Shown here piece after piece: positions 28,807 through 40,331 of a stretch of 64,000 nt of DNA; the first letter of the stretch is position 1; each line of letters starts with the position of its first letter. The notes under the pieces are model-generated. The model searched no databases, was not told where the DNA came from, and saw nothing but the letters and a program-made list of their open reading frames with translations. The stretch covers positions 5,952,001 to 6,016,000 of the forward strand of contig CAWAIF010000003.1 in the NCBI GenBank assembly GCA_963782055.1. Reading direction: 5' to 3'. The position numbers and the translations under genes were made by a program. Origin of the DNA: an uncultured delta proteobacterium. GTDB lineage: Bacteria; Myxococcota_A; Polyangia; Polyangiales; Polyangiaceae.

Positions 28807-29459
28807 TGCTCGCGCAGGCGGCGGATGGCGGCGCTCACCGCCTTCGGCGCGGGCGTTCGCGCGTAGCCGTCGCCCTCGACAGCTCGGCGTAGGTGGCGAC
28901 TCTGGGCGACCTTGCGGCGAGGACGAGCAGCAGCGTCCGCTGTCCGGGCGTGAGCTCGCGAGGCTCGCCGTTCACGCGAATCTCGCCGTGGTCCGGGTCG
29001 AGGACGAGCCCCTCCACCTGGACCGGAGCCGCGAGCATCCGCCCGGACTCGCGGCGCACGAGGGCGGCCAGCAGCGCGAAGAACTCCGCCAACGCCCCGA
29101 TCGGGCAGGACATCACGGCGTCTGCGCCGTCACCGAACGCGCGCACGCGCTCGGCCTCCGTCCAGTCAGCGCCGGTATACAGCAGGAGGGGGACGGAGCT
29201 CGGGAGCGCGCGAACGGCCCTCACCAGCTCGTGGCCGTCCATCGAACCCGGGCCGAGGTGAACGTCGATCGCCGCGACGTGGACAGCGGACTTCTGCACC
29301 AGGGGGATCGCCTCGGCACCAGAAGATACGAACCGGCAGCTCCAGCCGTGCGCGTCGGCCACCAGCTTGCTCGCGTCCGCCCCCCAGCGCGCGCTTCAGC
29401 GTGGAGTGGACCAGCGTGTCGTCGTCGACGACGAGCAGACTCCTCGGCGCCGTCCCCAT
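28737..29459 (-). CDS. OmpR/PhoB-type response regulator with two frameshifts (~29383 and ~28880); pseudogene or assembly error
   Basis: LLVVDDD start, AAIDVHL, LLLYTG..RVRAFGDGAD, LTPGQRTLL, then a third frame AIRRLREQL..IEAVAGLGYRL. Confidence 0.8.
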
Positions 29460-29542
29460 GAAGCCAAGAATAGCAAGGTAGGCGGCGAATGCACACCTCG
29501 AACTGGTGACAACCTCGCAAAGCCCTTGTTGCAGGGCGCCTC

Positions 29543-30825
29543 TCAGAACTGCGCCTTCTCGGTCGAGCCCTCGAGAGCGAGCGTGGAGGCCGCGCCGCCG
29601 GAGATGACCTGCGCCACCTGGTCGAAGTAGCCGGTGCCCACCTCGCGCTGGTGGCGCGTGGCGGTGTAGCCGTCCTTCTCCGCCGCGAACTCGGCCTGCT
29701 GCAGCTCGCTGTAGGCCGCCATGCCGCGGTCGCGGTACTCGTGCGCCAGCTCGTACATGCCGTAGTTGAGGGCGTGGAAGCCCGCGAGGGTGACGAACTG
29801 GAACTTGTAGCCCATCGCGCCGAGCTCGCGCTGGAACCTGGCGATGGTGGAGTCGTCCAGGTGCTTCTTCCAGTTGAAGCTGGGCGAGCAGTTGTAGGCG
29901 AGCATCTTGTTCGGGAACTCCTTGCGGATGCCCTCGGCGAAGCGCTTCGCCTGGACGAGGTCCGGCGTGGAGGTCTCGCACCAGATCATGTCGGCGTAGG
30001 GCGCGTAGGCGAGCCCGCGCGCGATGGCGGTCTCCAGGCCATTCTGCAGGTGGTAGAAGCCCTCGGCCGTGCGCTCGCCCTTCTTGATGAAGGGGTGATC
30101 GCGCTCGTCGATGTCGCTGGTGAGGAGCTTGGCGCTGTCGGCGTCGGTGCGGGCCACCAGCACGGTGGGCACGTCGTAGACGTCCGCCGCGAGGCGCGCG
30201 GCGACGAGCGTACGGATGAACTGGCTGGTCGGCACGAGCACCTTGCCGCCGAGGTGCCCGCACTTCTTCTCGCTGGCGAGCTGGTCCTCGAAGTGGACGC
30301 CGGCGGCGCCCGCCTCGATCATGCTCTTCATCAGCTCGTGGGCGTTGAGCGGGCCTCCGAAGCCGGCCTCGGCGTCGGCCATGATGGGCGCGAGCCAGTA
30401 GCGCTCGGCCTTGCCCTCGGCGACCTCGATCTGGTCGGCGCGCAGCAGCGCGGCGTTGATGCGCCGCACGACGGCGGGCACGCTGTCGGCGGGGTAGAGG
30501 CTCTGGTCGGGGTACATGCGGCCCGCCGTGTTGGCGTCCGCGGCGACCTGCCAGCCGGAGAGGTAGACGGCCTTGAGGCCCGCGCGGACCTGCTGCACGG
30601 CCTGGTTGCCCGTCAACGCGCCCAGCGCGGCGACGTAGTCCTCGGTCTGGAGCAGGTGCCAGAGGCGCTCGGCGCCGAGGCGCGCGAGGGTGTGCTCGAC
30701 ACGGAAGGAGCCGCGGAGCCTGACGACGTCCGCCTGGGAGTAGGGCCGCTCGACGCCGTCCCAGCGATCGCTCCTGCGCGCGTGCTGCCCTGTCTGGAAG
30801 TGGGTGGGGAGGGTGGTGGCGGCGC

Positions 30826-30829
<4 letters not shown>
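29543..30829 (-). CDS. aceA: Isocitrate lyase
   Basis: [11 protein letters not shown] signature, [23 protein letters not shown]. Confidence 0.98.
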
Positions 30830-32439
<1,610 letters not shown>

Positions 32440-32518
32440 GGGCTTCCTCCTTGCGGCGGCGCGGCTCCTCTCGAGCCTCGCTAGTGCACCGCGTCAACAA
32501 CATGCGGTCGCAGACCTC

Positions 32519-32606
32519 ACATTGCAAGGTTCTGCCGCTGAAGGCTGCGAATTGCATGTAACGTGTTGTCAATGACAGCGTGTAGTGTTGTCACATTCGT
32601 CAATTT
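32519..32606. promoter_or_regulatory. AT-enriched divergent promoter/operator region of aceBA and its regulator
   Basis: Repeated TTGCA motifs (CATTGCAAGGTT resembles RamB-type boxes) and the near-palindrome TGTCAATGACA. Confidence 0.45.
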
Positions 32607-32632
32607 GCGCGAGCCGTGCTAGCCTTGCGTCC

Positions 32633-34096
32633 ATGCGTTCTCGCAAGTCCTCGACAGAAGGTCCGCGCCTCGGTGCGAAGGTGCGCGCGGTGCGCCGGCG
32701 GGAGGGCCTCACCCAGGTCCAGCTCGCCGAGCGGCTGGGCATCTCGCCGAGCTATCTCAACCTCATCGAGAACAACCGCCGCCCCCTGCCGGCGCCGCTG
32801 CTCATCAAGCTGGCCCAGCAGCTCAACATCGACCTGCAGACCTTCGCCACCGACGAGGACGCGCGGCTGGTGAGCGATCTCATCGAGGTCTTCGCCGACC
32901 CGCTCTTCGAGGAGCAGGGGCTGACCTCCGCCGACGTGCGGGAGATGGCGACCTCCAGCCCGAGCGCGGCGCGGGCGGTCCTCTCCCTGTACCGCGGCTA
33001 CCGCGCGGCGCGGACCGCCGCCGACGACCTGTCGTCGAGGCTGCTCAGCGCCGGGGAGGACCCGGGCGCCGTCGACCGCACGCACGTGCCCTCGGAGGAG
33101 GTGAGCGATCTCATCCAGCGGCACAACAACCACTTCCCCGAGCTGGAGGCGGGCGCCGAGGACCTGCTGCGCCGCGCGAAGCTGAACACCGACGACCTGT
33201 ACGCCGGCCTGGTGCGCTACCTGGAGAAAGAGCACGGCATCCGCGTGGAGATCGCCCGCACCGAGGCGGAGCGCGGCACGCTGCGGCGCTACGACGCCGA
33301 GCGCAAGGTGCTGACCCTGTCCGAGCTGCTGCCGACGCGCAGCCGCAGCTTCCAGCTCGCGTACCAGATCGGCATGCTCACGCAGCACCCTCGGCTGGAG
33401 TCCATCGCGCACGACCCGTACGTGACGACCACCGAGTCGCAGACGCTCGCGCGCGTGGCGCTGGCCAACTACTTCGCCGGCGCGGTGCTCATGCCTTACG
33501 AGCCGTTCCTGCGCGCGGCGCGCGAGGAGCGCTACGACATCGACGTCATCGGCCGGCGCTTCCGCGTCGGCTTCGAGCAGGTGTGCCACCGCCTGACGAC
33601 GCTGCGCCGGCCGAACGCGGAGGGCATCCCCTTCCACATGATCCGCATCGACGTGGCGGGCAACATCTCCAAGCGCTTCAGCGCCTCGGGCATCCGCATC
33701 GCGCGCTTCTCCGGCGCGTGCCCGCGGTGGAACATCTTCGCCGCGTTCCTCACGCCGGGGATGGTGCGCATCCAGGTCTCGCGGATGCCCGACGGCCACG
33801 CTTACTTCTGCATCGCGCGCACGATCCAGAAGGACTCCGGCGGCTACCACGCGCAGCAGCCGGTGATGGCGCTCGGCCTGGGGTGCAAGCTGGAGCGTGG
33901 GCGGGAGATGATCTACGCCGACGGCATGGACCTGGACAACCCGGGCATCGTCACGCCGGTGGGGGTGACCTGCCGCCTGTGCGAGCGCACCGACTGCGAT
34001 CAGCGAGCCTTCCCGTCCCTGCGCCAGCCGCTCGTCGTCGACGAGAACGTGCGGGGCACGTCCCTCTACTCCGCCGTGCCTCCCGCGACCGGCTGA
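32633..34096 (+). CDS. ramB: XRE-family short-chain acyl-CoA regulator (RamB/ScfR/PrpR family)
   Basis: HTH LTQVQLAERLGISPSYLNLIENNRRP; LANYFAGAVLMPY; EQVCHRLTTL; GNISKRFSA; CRLCERTDCDQRAFP; divergent from aceBA. Confidence 0.9.
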   Translation: MRSRKSSTEGPRLGAKVRAVRRREGLTQVQLAERLGISPSYLNLIENNRRPLPAPLLIKLAQQLNIDLQTFATDEDARLVSDLIEVFADPLFEEQGLTSADVREMATSSPSAARAVLSLYRGYRAARTAADDLSSRLLSAGEDPGAVDRTHVPSEEVSDLIQRHNNHFPELEAGAEDLLRRAKLNTDDLYAGLVRYLEKEHGIRVEIARTEAERGTLRRYDAERKVLTLSELLPTRSRSFQLAYQIGMLTQHPRLESIAHDPYVTTTESQTLARVALANYFAGAVLMPYEPFLRAAREERYDIDVIGRRFRVGFEQVCHRLTTLRRPNAEGIPFHMIRIDVAGNISKRFSASGIRIARFSGACPRWNIFAAFLTPGMVRIQVSRMPDGHAYFCIARTIQKDSGGYHAQQPVMALGLGCKLERGREMIYADGMDLDNPGIVTPVGVTCRLCERTDCDQRAFPSLRQPLVVDENVRGTSLYSAVPPATG

Positions 34097-34097
34097 C

Positions 34098-36416
34098 TCA
34101 GCTCTTCGGTTCCTGCGACTTCTTCAGCAGATCGCCGAAGGTCCCGAACTTCGCCTCGGCCTTCACCTGCTGCCTGTACGCCTTGTAGGCGTTGCGCTCG
34201 GTGTCTTCCTTCACGGCCTTGATGGAGAGCTTCACCTCGCCGCGGCGCGGGTCGATGTCGATCACCTTGGCGTCGTGCTCGGAGCCGACGGGGAAGCTCT
34301 TGCGCAGCTCGGTCCCGCGCGGGGTGCCGGTGCCGGCGCCGGTGATGTAGCCCCGCGCGCTGCGGCCGGTGGCGCCGAGGACCTTCACGTGCAGGCCGCT
34401 CGGGTCGATCGCGGTCACCTGGACGCGCACGATCTTGTGGAGGGAGACCCTGGTGAAGGGCTGGTCCGGCGACCAGTCCGCGGGGACGGGGTGCAGGCCG
34501 ATGCGGTGCGCCCCGGCGTCGACGTGAGCGACGAGCACGTCGATCTCGTCGCCCACCTTCACGACCTCCGAGGGGTGCTCGATGCGCTTCACCGAGAGGT
34601 CGGCCGTGTGGATGAGGCCATCGATGCCGGTCTCCAGCTCGACGAAGACGCCGAAGGGCTGGATGCGGGCGACGGTGCCCTTGTGGCGCGTGCCCTCGGC
34701 GTACTTCTTCGCCACCTCCGACCACGGGTCGGTGAGGCACGCCTTGTGGGAGAGCCACACCTTGCCCTTGACGTCGATGCGCTGGATGAGGACCTGCACC
34801 GGCTGCCCGGCGGAGAAGACGTCGTGCGGGGTGTCGCCGCGGTTGTGGCTCATCTCGGTCAGCGGGACGAGGCCCTCGATGCCGCCGACGTCGATGAACG
34901 CACCGAAGGGGACGACGCTGCGGACGGTGCCCTCGACGACGTTGCCGACGACGAGCTTGCGAAGCGCCTCCTCGCGGTGGGTCTTGGCCTCCGCCTCGAT
35001 GAGGGACTTGCGCGAGAGGACGATGTCCTTGCCGCGCTTGGCGTACTGCGTGACGAAGAAGGGCAGGCGCTTGCCGATGAGGTAGTGCAGGTCCGCGCCG
35101 TGGCGCATGTCCACGTGCGAGCCGGGCGCGAAGGCGCGCAGGCCGTCGATGTCCACCTCGATGCCGCCCTTGATGACGCCGGTCACCAGGCCGAGGACGG
35201 TGGTCTTCTCGCGGAGCGCCTTGGCGGCGCCGGGCTTGGCGAGGCGCGCGCGGCGCGGGTGGCGGGTGAGCACGACCAGGCCACCCCGGCCGCCGTCGTT
35301 GTGGACGACGCCGACGAAGTTGGCGCCCATCTCCAGCACGACGGGCGGGAGGGTGACCACGACGGGGGCCTCCGCTGGCGTGGCGGCGAGGCTGATGCTC
35401 TCGGCCTTCGTCTCGCTCGGCTCGTCGGACTCCTCGGTGTCGGTATCGGCGTGGGGGGCGGAGCCGGGCGCGGGCGCGGCGCCGGCCTCTGCCGTGGCGG
35501 TCTCCGCCTCGGCGTCGGCGGTGGGAGCGGGGGTGTCGGCGGGAGCAGCCGTCTCGGGCGCGGCCTCCGCCGGCGCGGTGTCCGCGGCCGGCGTGGGGAG
35601 CTGCACGATGCGCGCGGCGCGGCGCGGGAACGGCTCGGTGGCCGGCTCCTCCTCGGTGGGCTCGGCGCTCGCCTCCGCGCCCTCCTCTCCCTCCGCCCGC
35701 GGGGGCGGCGGGGGGAAGTCGTCGTCGTCGTCGATCTCGCTGCCGGGGCCCTGGGCGGGCTCCTCCGGCAGGTCGAGCTCGCGGCGATCGAAGATCGCCT
35801 TGCCCTTGCCGGAGAGATCGACGAACAGGCACTCCTCGGTGATCTCGATGATCTTGCCGAAGACCACGTCGCCCATGCCGAAGGCGGGCCGCTCGCGCGG
35901 GCCTTCCTCGCGACGCCGCTTCTCCTTCTTGCTGCGGCGCTCCTCGCGCTTCTCGCCCTCGCCCTCCGGCGTGGCGGCCGCAGCGGCCTCCTCGCCCTCG
36001 GCGCCCTCGGCGGCCTCGGCACCCTCGGCACCCTGGCCCTCGGCGTGCGGGCCCTTCTTCTTGCGGCGGCGGCGGCGCTTCTTCTTCGGCGCGCCCTCGG
36101 CGCCGGGCGTCGCGCCGCCGGCGGCCTGCGCGGCCTCCCCTGCCGACTCCGGCTTGCCCTCCGCCCCCGGCGCAGCCTGCTCCTGCGCGGCCTGCTCCTG
36201 CGGTGCGGCCTGCTCTGCCGATGCTTGCGACTCCGCGGCTACCGCGCCCTGCTCGGGCGGCGCGGGCGGTGCGGCCGGCTCGGCCGGCGTGGGCGGTGCC
36301 GCCTGAGCGACCGGGGCGGTCGGCTCGGCGGCAGGGATCGGCTCAGGCGGCGCGGCGGGCTGGGGCGCGGTCGCTTCGCTCTCGGGGTTGGGCGGCGGTG
36401 AATCAGGGGACGTCAT
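34098..36416 (-). CDS. S1 RNA-binding repeat protein (RpsA-like) with long low-complexity N-terminus
   Basis: Several S1 motifs (GLRAFAPGS, PFGAFIDVGGIEGLVP, PFGVFVELETGIDGLIH, VKLSIKA); C-terminal FGTFGDLLKK. Confidence 0.9.
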   Translation of the reverse strand: MTSPDSPPPNPESEATAPQPAAPPEPIPAAEPTAPVAQAAPPTPAEPAAPPAPPEQGAVAAESQASAEQAAPQEQAAQEQAAPGAEGKPESAGEAAQAAGGATPGAEGAPKKKRRRRRKKKGPHAEGQGAEGAEAAEGAEGEEAAAAATPEGEGEKREERRSKKEKRRREEGPRERPAFGMGDVVFGKIIEITEECLFVDLSGKGKAIFDRRELDLPEEPAQGPGSEIDDDDDFPPPPPRAEGEEGAEASAEPTEEEPATEPFPRRAARIVQLPTPAADTAPAEAAPETAAPADTPAPTADAEAETATAEAGAAPAPGSAPHADTDTEESDEPSETKAESISLAATPAEAPVVVTLPPVVLEMGANFVGVVHNDGGRGGLVVLTRHPRRARLAKPGAAKALREKTTVLGLVTGVIKGGIEVDIDGLRAFAPGSHVDMRHGADLHYLIGKRLPFFVTQYAKRGKDIVLSRKSLIEAEAKTHREEALRKLVVGNVVEGTVRSVVPFGAFIDVGGIEGLVPLTEMSHNRGDTPHDVFSAGQPVQVLIQRIDVKGKVWLSHKACLTDPWSEVAKKYAEGTRHKGTVARIQPFGVFVELETGIDGLIHTADLSVKRIEHPSEVVKVGDEIDVLVAHVDAGAHRIGLHPVPADWSPDQPFTRVSLHKIVRVQVTAIDPSGLHVKVLGATGRSARGYITGAGTGTPRGTELRKSFPVGSEHDAKVIDIDPRRGEVKLSIKAVKEDTERNAYKAYRQQVKAEAKFGTFGDLLKKSQEPKS

Positions 36417-36530
36417 GGTCCGTACTCGCGGATGCGAAGCGGGGTTCGAACGGGGCGCGGAGTCTAGCGAACGCCGGGCCGGGCGTCACGCGGTCAAATC
36501 GGGGGCGGTCCGGGAGGGGTGCGCCCGGAG

Positions 36531-38189
36531 TCAGGCCGCGGCTCGGCCCCTCGGCTTGATGGCGTCGAAGGCCAGGCCGTGGGCGGCCAGCCGGTTCTGG
36601 TAATAAAAGAGGAGGCGGGTGTCCTCCAGGATGATGTCCGTCGCCCCGGCGACGAGGACCGAGCTGGTGTGGTAGCCGGCGAAGGCACGCAGCGCCGCGG
36701 CGACCACGGCGTCGGGCCGCGCCGCCCCCAGCGACGGGGCCAGGACGATCTCCCCGCGCCCCTCCATCACCCGCGCCCTGTCGAGCAGCCGCTCCACGCC
36801 CGCGATGAGCTCGGTGCGTGGCATGCGCACCGCGTCGCGCTGCGCGAGGATGGCGAAGAGATCGCCGCTGCCGACCACGCCGCGCAGGTGCTCGAACGCC
36901 ACCGCCGCCACCACGTGCGTGGGCATCGCCACGGTGTCACGCCGGTACGCCGCGCAGATCGCCTCCCCCAGCTCGCGGGTGTACTGCGCGTCGCGCGCGG
37001 GGTCGCGGTGGGCCTCGCCGTCGTTGCCGACGAGGTAGCCGACCGGATCCACCGGCCGGCCGCGGCCGTCGTGCGAGACGCCGTCGCCGTCCACCTCGTT
37101 GCCGAAGCAGTCGAGCGGGCGGGAGAAGCGGATGACCACGCTGGCGTCCAGGCCCATCAGCTTCTGCGCGAAGGCGACGATGCGCCCGATGCGCGTCGAC
37201 TCGTCGTCGTCGATGATGTAGCGCGCCTTGCCCTCCTCCTGGAGGAAGTCGTCGATGAGGGTCTCCGCCTCGAGCGTCAGCAGGTAGTTGATGGTGGCGG
37301 GGACGAAGAAGACGGGGTGGGTCTTGCCCGATTCGACGCTCCGGCCGTAGGCCTCGATGCCGGTGCCCGCCAGGCCGAGCTTCAGCCTCCGCTCCACCCC
37401 GCCGGAGCGCGACCGCGTGCCGCCCGGGAAGAAGAGGCTGTGGTAGCCGCGCTCGATGAGCAGGGCCGAGTAGGCCTTGAGGACATGCTTGTAGAGCGCA
37501 TGCTTCAGCCTGCGGTCGACGCGGTACGCGCCCAGGTTGTGCATGAAGTAGCTGAGCACGGGGTTGGTGAAGAGGTTCTTGCCCGCGCCGTACGTCGCCG
37601 GCGGCAGCCCGGTGCGCTCCAGGGCGAAGCCGAAGACGACGGAGTCCAGGTTGGACAGGTGCGTCGGCACGAAGACGAGCGTGCCGATCTCGGCGAGACG
37701 CGCGATCTCCTCGGTGGGCCCCTGCACCAGGATGCGGTCGTCCAGCGAGAGCAGGCTGGCCGAGACGTGGTGGTGGGACGCTTCGCCGCGGTGACGAAGG
37801 TCGTCGAGGATGGTGCTCGCCATGCGCGGCAGGTTACGCGCGGCGGCGCGCGGCGAGAGGAGCGCGCCCAGGATGGGGGCCATCGCCTGTGAGGCAAAAC
37901 GGTAGACGCTGGGGTTGAAGTTGCCGGCCACGTCCCACGCGTAGTGCTCGGTGAGCTCCCGTAGCTTCGCCTGCATCTCCTCCGGGCTCATCCGGCCGAG
38001 GTGACCCGCCAGCGAGCGCCAGTCGGCGTACTCGGCCCCGCCGTGGCGGGCCAGGCGGCGGACCTCGTGGAAGGCGGCCTCGTTCAGCGTGAGCTTCACG
38101 TCCCGCGTGTCTTCGAGGACGCGGCGGGTGACCTCCCGCACGATGCCCTCCTTGGCGTCGTTGAACCCGAAGATGGGCGTCTCGTGCAT
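36531..38189 (-). CDS. Glycerol-3-phosphate acyltransferase (PlsB/PlsC superfamily)
   Basis: VPTHLSNLD (HX4D), GAGKNLF, GAYRVDRR, FPGGTRSRSG. Confidence 0.9.
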   Translation of the reverse strand: MHETPIFGFNDAKEGIVREVTRRVLEDTRDVKLTLNEAAFHEVRRLARHGGAEYADWRSLAGHLGRMSPEEMQAKLRELTEHYAWDVAGNFNPSVYRFASQAMAPILGALLSPRAAARNLPRMASTILDDLRHRGEASHHHVSASLLSLDDRILVQGPTEEIARLAEIGTLVFVPTHLSNLDSVVFGFALERTGLPPATYGAGKNLFTNPVLSYFMHNLGAYRVDRRLKHALYKHVLKAYSALLIERGYHSLFFPGGTRSRSGGVERRLKLGLAGTGIEAYGRSVESGKTHPVFFVPATINYLLTLEAETLIDDFLQEEGKARYIIDDDESTRIGRIVAFAQKLMGLDASVVIRFSRPLDCFGNEVDGDGVSHDGRGRPVDPVGYLVGNDGEAHRDPARDAQYTRELGEAICAAYRRDTVAMPTHVVAAVAFEHLRGVVGSGDLFAILAQRDAVRMPRTELIAGVERLLDRARVMEGRGEIVLAPSLGAARPDAVVAAALRAFAGYHTSSVLVAGATDIILEDTRLLFYYQNRLAAHGLAFDAIKPRGRAAA

Positions 38190-38291
38190 GGGGGGATGCT
38201 ATCCCCGCGGAGCCGCAGGCGGCGGCAAAAGGCGCGCGGATGGCGCGAAGCTGCGACCGCGCCCCCACCCGGCGCGTAGTATAAGGCGCCC

Positions 38292-39077
38292 ATGTCCGAC
38301 GACCTCCAGGCGGAGCTGCTCGCGCTCCTGCTCGCCCCTCGCCCGGACCGCCTGAACGCGGCGGTCACCGAGCAGATGCCGGCGGAGGTGCGTCCGGCCG
38401 CGGCGGCGGTCGCCGAGACGCTGGCCGCGCTCCCGCTCGCGGAGCCCCCCGCCGCCCCCGCGCCCGCGCTGCGCGCCCGGATCCTGGCGACGGTCGCGCA
38501 GCCGGAGTCCGCGCGGCGCGCGCTGGTCGTCATGGACATGATCCGCGACCACCTCGAGCCAGGCAGCGTGCTGGAGGTCCCCCGCGCCCGGACGATCGTC
38601 GAGGCGCTCCGCCGCCGCCTGGACGAGGCGCGCGCCGCGGGCATCCCGGTGGTCTACGTGCTGGACCGCCACGACCCCGCCGACTCCGATTTGAAGGTGT
38701 GGGGGACACACGCGGTGGAGGGCTCGCGCGGCGCGGAGGTGTGGCCGGACCTCGCCCCGCACCAGGGCGATCGCGTCCTGACGAAGCCGAGCTACAGCGG
38801 GTTCTTCCAGTCGGACCTGGAGAAGGTGCTGGACGAGCTGGAGGTGGACACCCTGGTGCTCACCGGCTGCGCGACGGACGTGCAGCTCTTCGTGACGGCG
38901 GCCGACGCGATGCAGCTCGGCTTCGCCGTGGAGGTGCCCGCCGATTCGCAGGCTGGCTTCTCCGCGGACGCCGAGGCGGCCGCCCTGGCGACGATGAGCG
39001 TGCTGGTGCCGTACGGCCCCTCGCGCGACGCCCGGCTGGCGCGGCTGCGGGCCCACGCCGCCGCCCCCTCGCCGTGA
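38292..39077 (+). CDS. Isochorismatase-family cysteine hydrolase with ~70-aa N-terminal extension
   Basis: ALVVMDM, KPSYSGFF, LVLTGCATD. Confidence 0.85.
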   Translation: MSDDLQAELLALLLAPRPDRLNAAVTEQMPAEVRPAAAAVAETLAALPLAEPPAAPAPALRARILATVAQPESARRALVVMDMIRDHLEPGSVLEVPRARTIVEALRRRLDEARAAGIPVVYVLDRHDPADSDLKVWGTHAVEGSRGAEVWPDLAPHQGDRVLTKPSYSGFFQSDLEKVLDELEVDTLVLTGCATDVQLFVTAADAMQLGFAVEVPADSQAGFSADAEAAALATMSVLVPYGPSRDARLARLRAHAAAPSP

Positions 39078-39101
39078 CACCGCCCGCCCGCGAGTGACCG
39101 A

Positions 39102-40328
39102 CTACTCCCGGCGCAGAGCCTCGATGGGATCCAGCCGGGAGGCGCGGCGTGCGGGCACGAACCCGAAGACGATGCCGGTGAGCGCGCTCGTGCCGATGCT
39201 CACGGCCAGCGCGGTGGGGCTGATGCTCATCGACCAGCCCAGGACGCTGGCCGCCACCGCGATGAGGCCCTCGCCCACGGCCGCGCCGGCCACGCCGCCG
39301 AGCACCGCCAGCACGATCGCCTCCACCAGAAACTGCGTGCGGATGTCGTGCTCCCGCGCGCCGATGGCCATGCGGATGCCGATCTCGCGCGTGCGCTCGG
39401 CCACGCTCACCAGCATGATGTTCATCACGCCGATGCCCCCGACGACGAGGCTCACCGCGGCGATCCCGACGAGCAGGATGGTCAGCAGGCCGTAGATCGC
39501 CTGCTGGATCGCCGCGAACTCCTTCTGCGTGCGGATGGCGAAGTCCGGCTGGCGCCCCTCCTCGATGTGGTGGCGCTGCCGGAGGATGGAGTCGATCTGC
39601 GCGACGGCGCGGTCCGTGGTGTCGGCGCTCGTCGCCGAGATCATGAGCGCGCCGGCGAAGCCGGGCGGGGTGCGCATGACGCGCGCGCGCATGCTGGAGA
39701 TGGGCATGAGCACGACGTCGTCCTGGTCGCCGCCGAAGGGCGCCTCGCCCTTCTTCGCGAGCAGGCCGATGATCTTGTACGGGTAGCGCCCGATGCGGAT
39801 GGTCTGCCCGACGGGATCCTGATCGCCGAAGAGGTTCTGCCGGACCGTCTCGCCGACGACGCACACCTTGGCCTTGATCGTCTCGTCGTGGGGCTCCCAC
39901 ATCGCGCCGGTCTGCACCTTCCAGTTGCGGACCGTGAGGAAGTCCAGGTTGGAGCCGATGACGCTGGTCGACCAGTTCCTGTCGGCGGAGACGACCTGCG
40001 CGCGCACCCGCAGCACCGGCGCGACCGCGGCGACGCTCACCGCCTCGCGCTTGATGGCGGCGCCGTCGTCCTCCGTCAGGCGTACGCCGGAGCCCTGCGC
40101 GCCCTTCGCCCCGGAGGCGCTCGCGCTCTGCGGGAAGACGATGACGAAGTTGGAGCCGAGCGACTCGATCTGCGCGCCGACCGACGCACGCGCGCCGGAG
40201 CCGAGCGCCGTCACCGTGACGACGGCCGCCACGCCGATGAGGATGCCCAGGATGGTGAGCGACGCGCGCAGCACGTTGCGCCGGATGGCACGCAGGGCGA
40301 GACGCAGCGCTCCGAGGATGGATCCCAT
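39102..40328 (-). CDS. MacB-type ABC permease
   Basis: SLTILGILIGVAAV; VGGIGVMNIMLVSVAERTREIGIRMAIGA; PARRASRLDPIEALR. Confidence 0.95.
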   Translation of the reverse strand: MGSILGALRLALRAIRRNVLRASLTILGILIGVAAVVTVTALGSGARASVGAQIESLGSNFVIVFPQSASASGAKGAQGSGVRLTEDDGAAIKREAVSVAAVAPVLRVRAQVVSADRNWSTSVIGSNLDFLTVRNWKVQTGAMWEPHDETIKAKVCVVGETVRQNLFGDQDPVGQTIRIGRYPYKIIGLLAKKGEAPFGGDQDDVVLMPISSMRARVMRTPPGFAGALMISATSADTTDRAVAQIDSILRQRHHIEEGRQPDFAIRTQKEFAAIQQAIYGLLTILLVGIAAVSLVVGGIGVMNIMLVSVAERTREIGIRMAIGAREHDIRTQFLVEAIVLAVLGGVAGAAVGEGLIAVAASVLGWSMSISPTALAVSIGTSALTGIVFGFVPARRASRLDPIEALRRE

Positions 40329-40331
40329 CGC

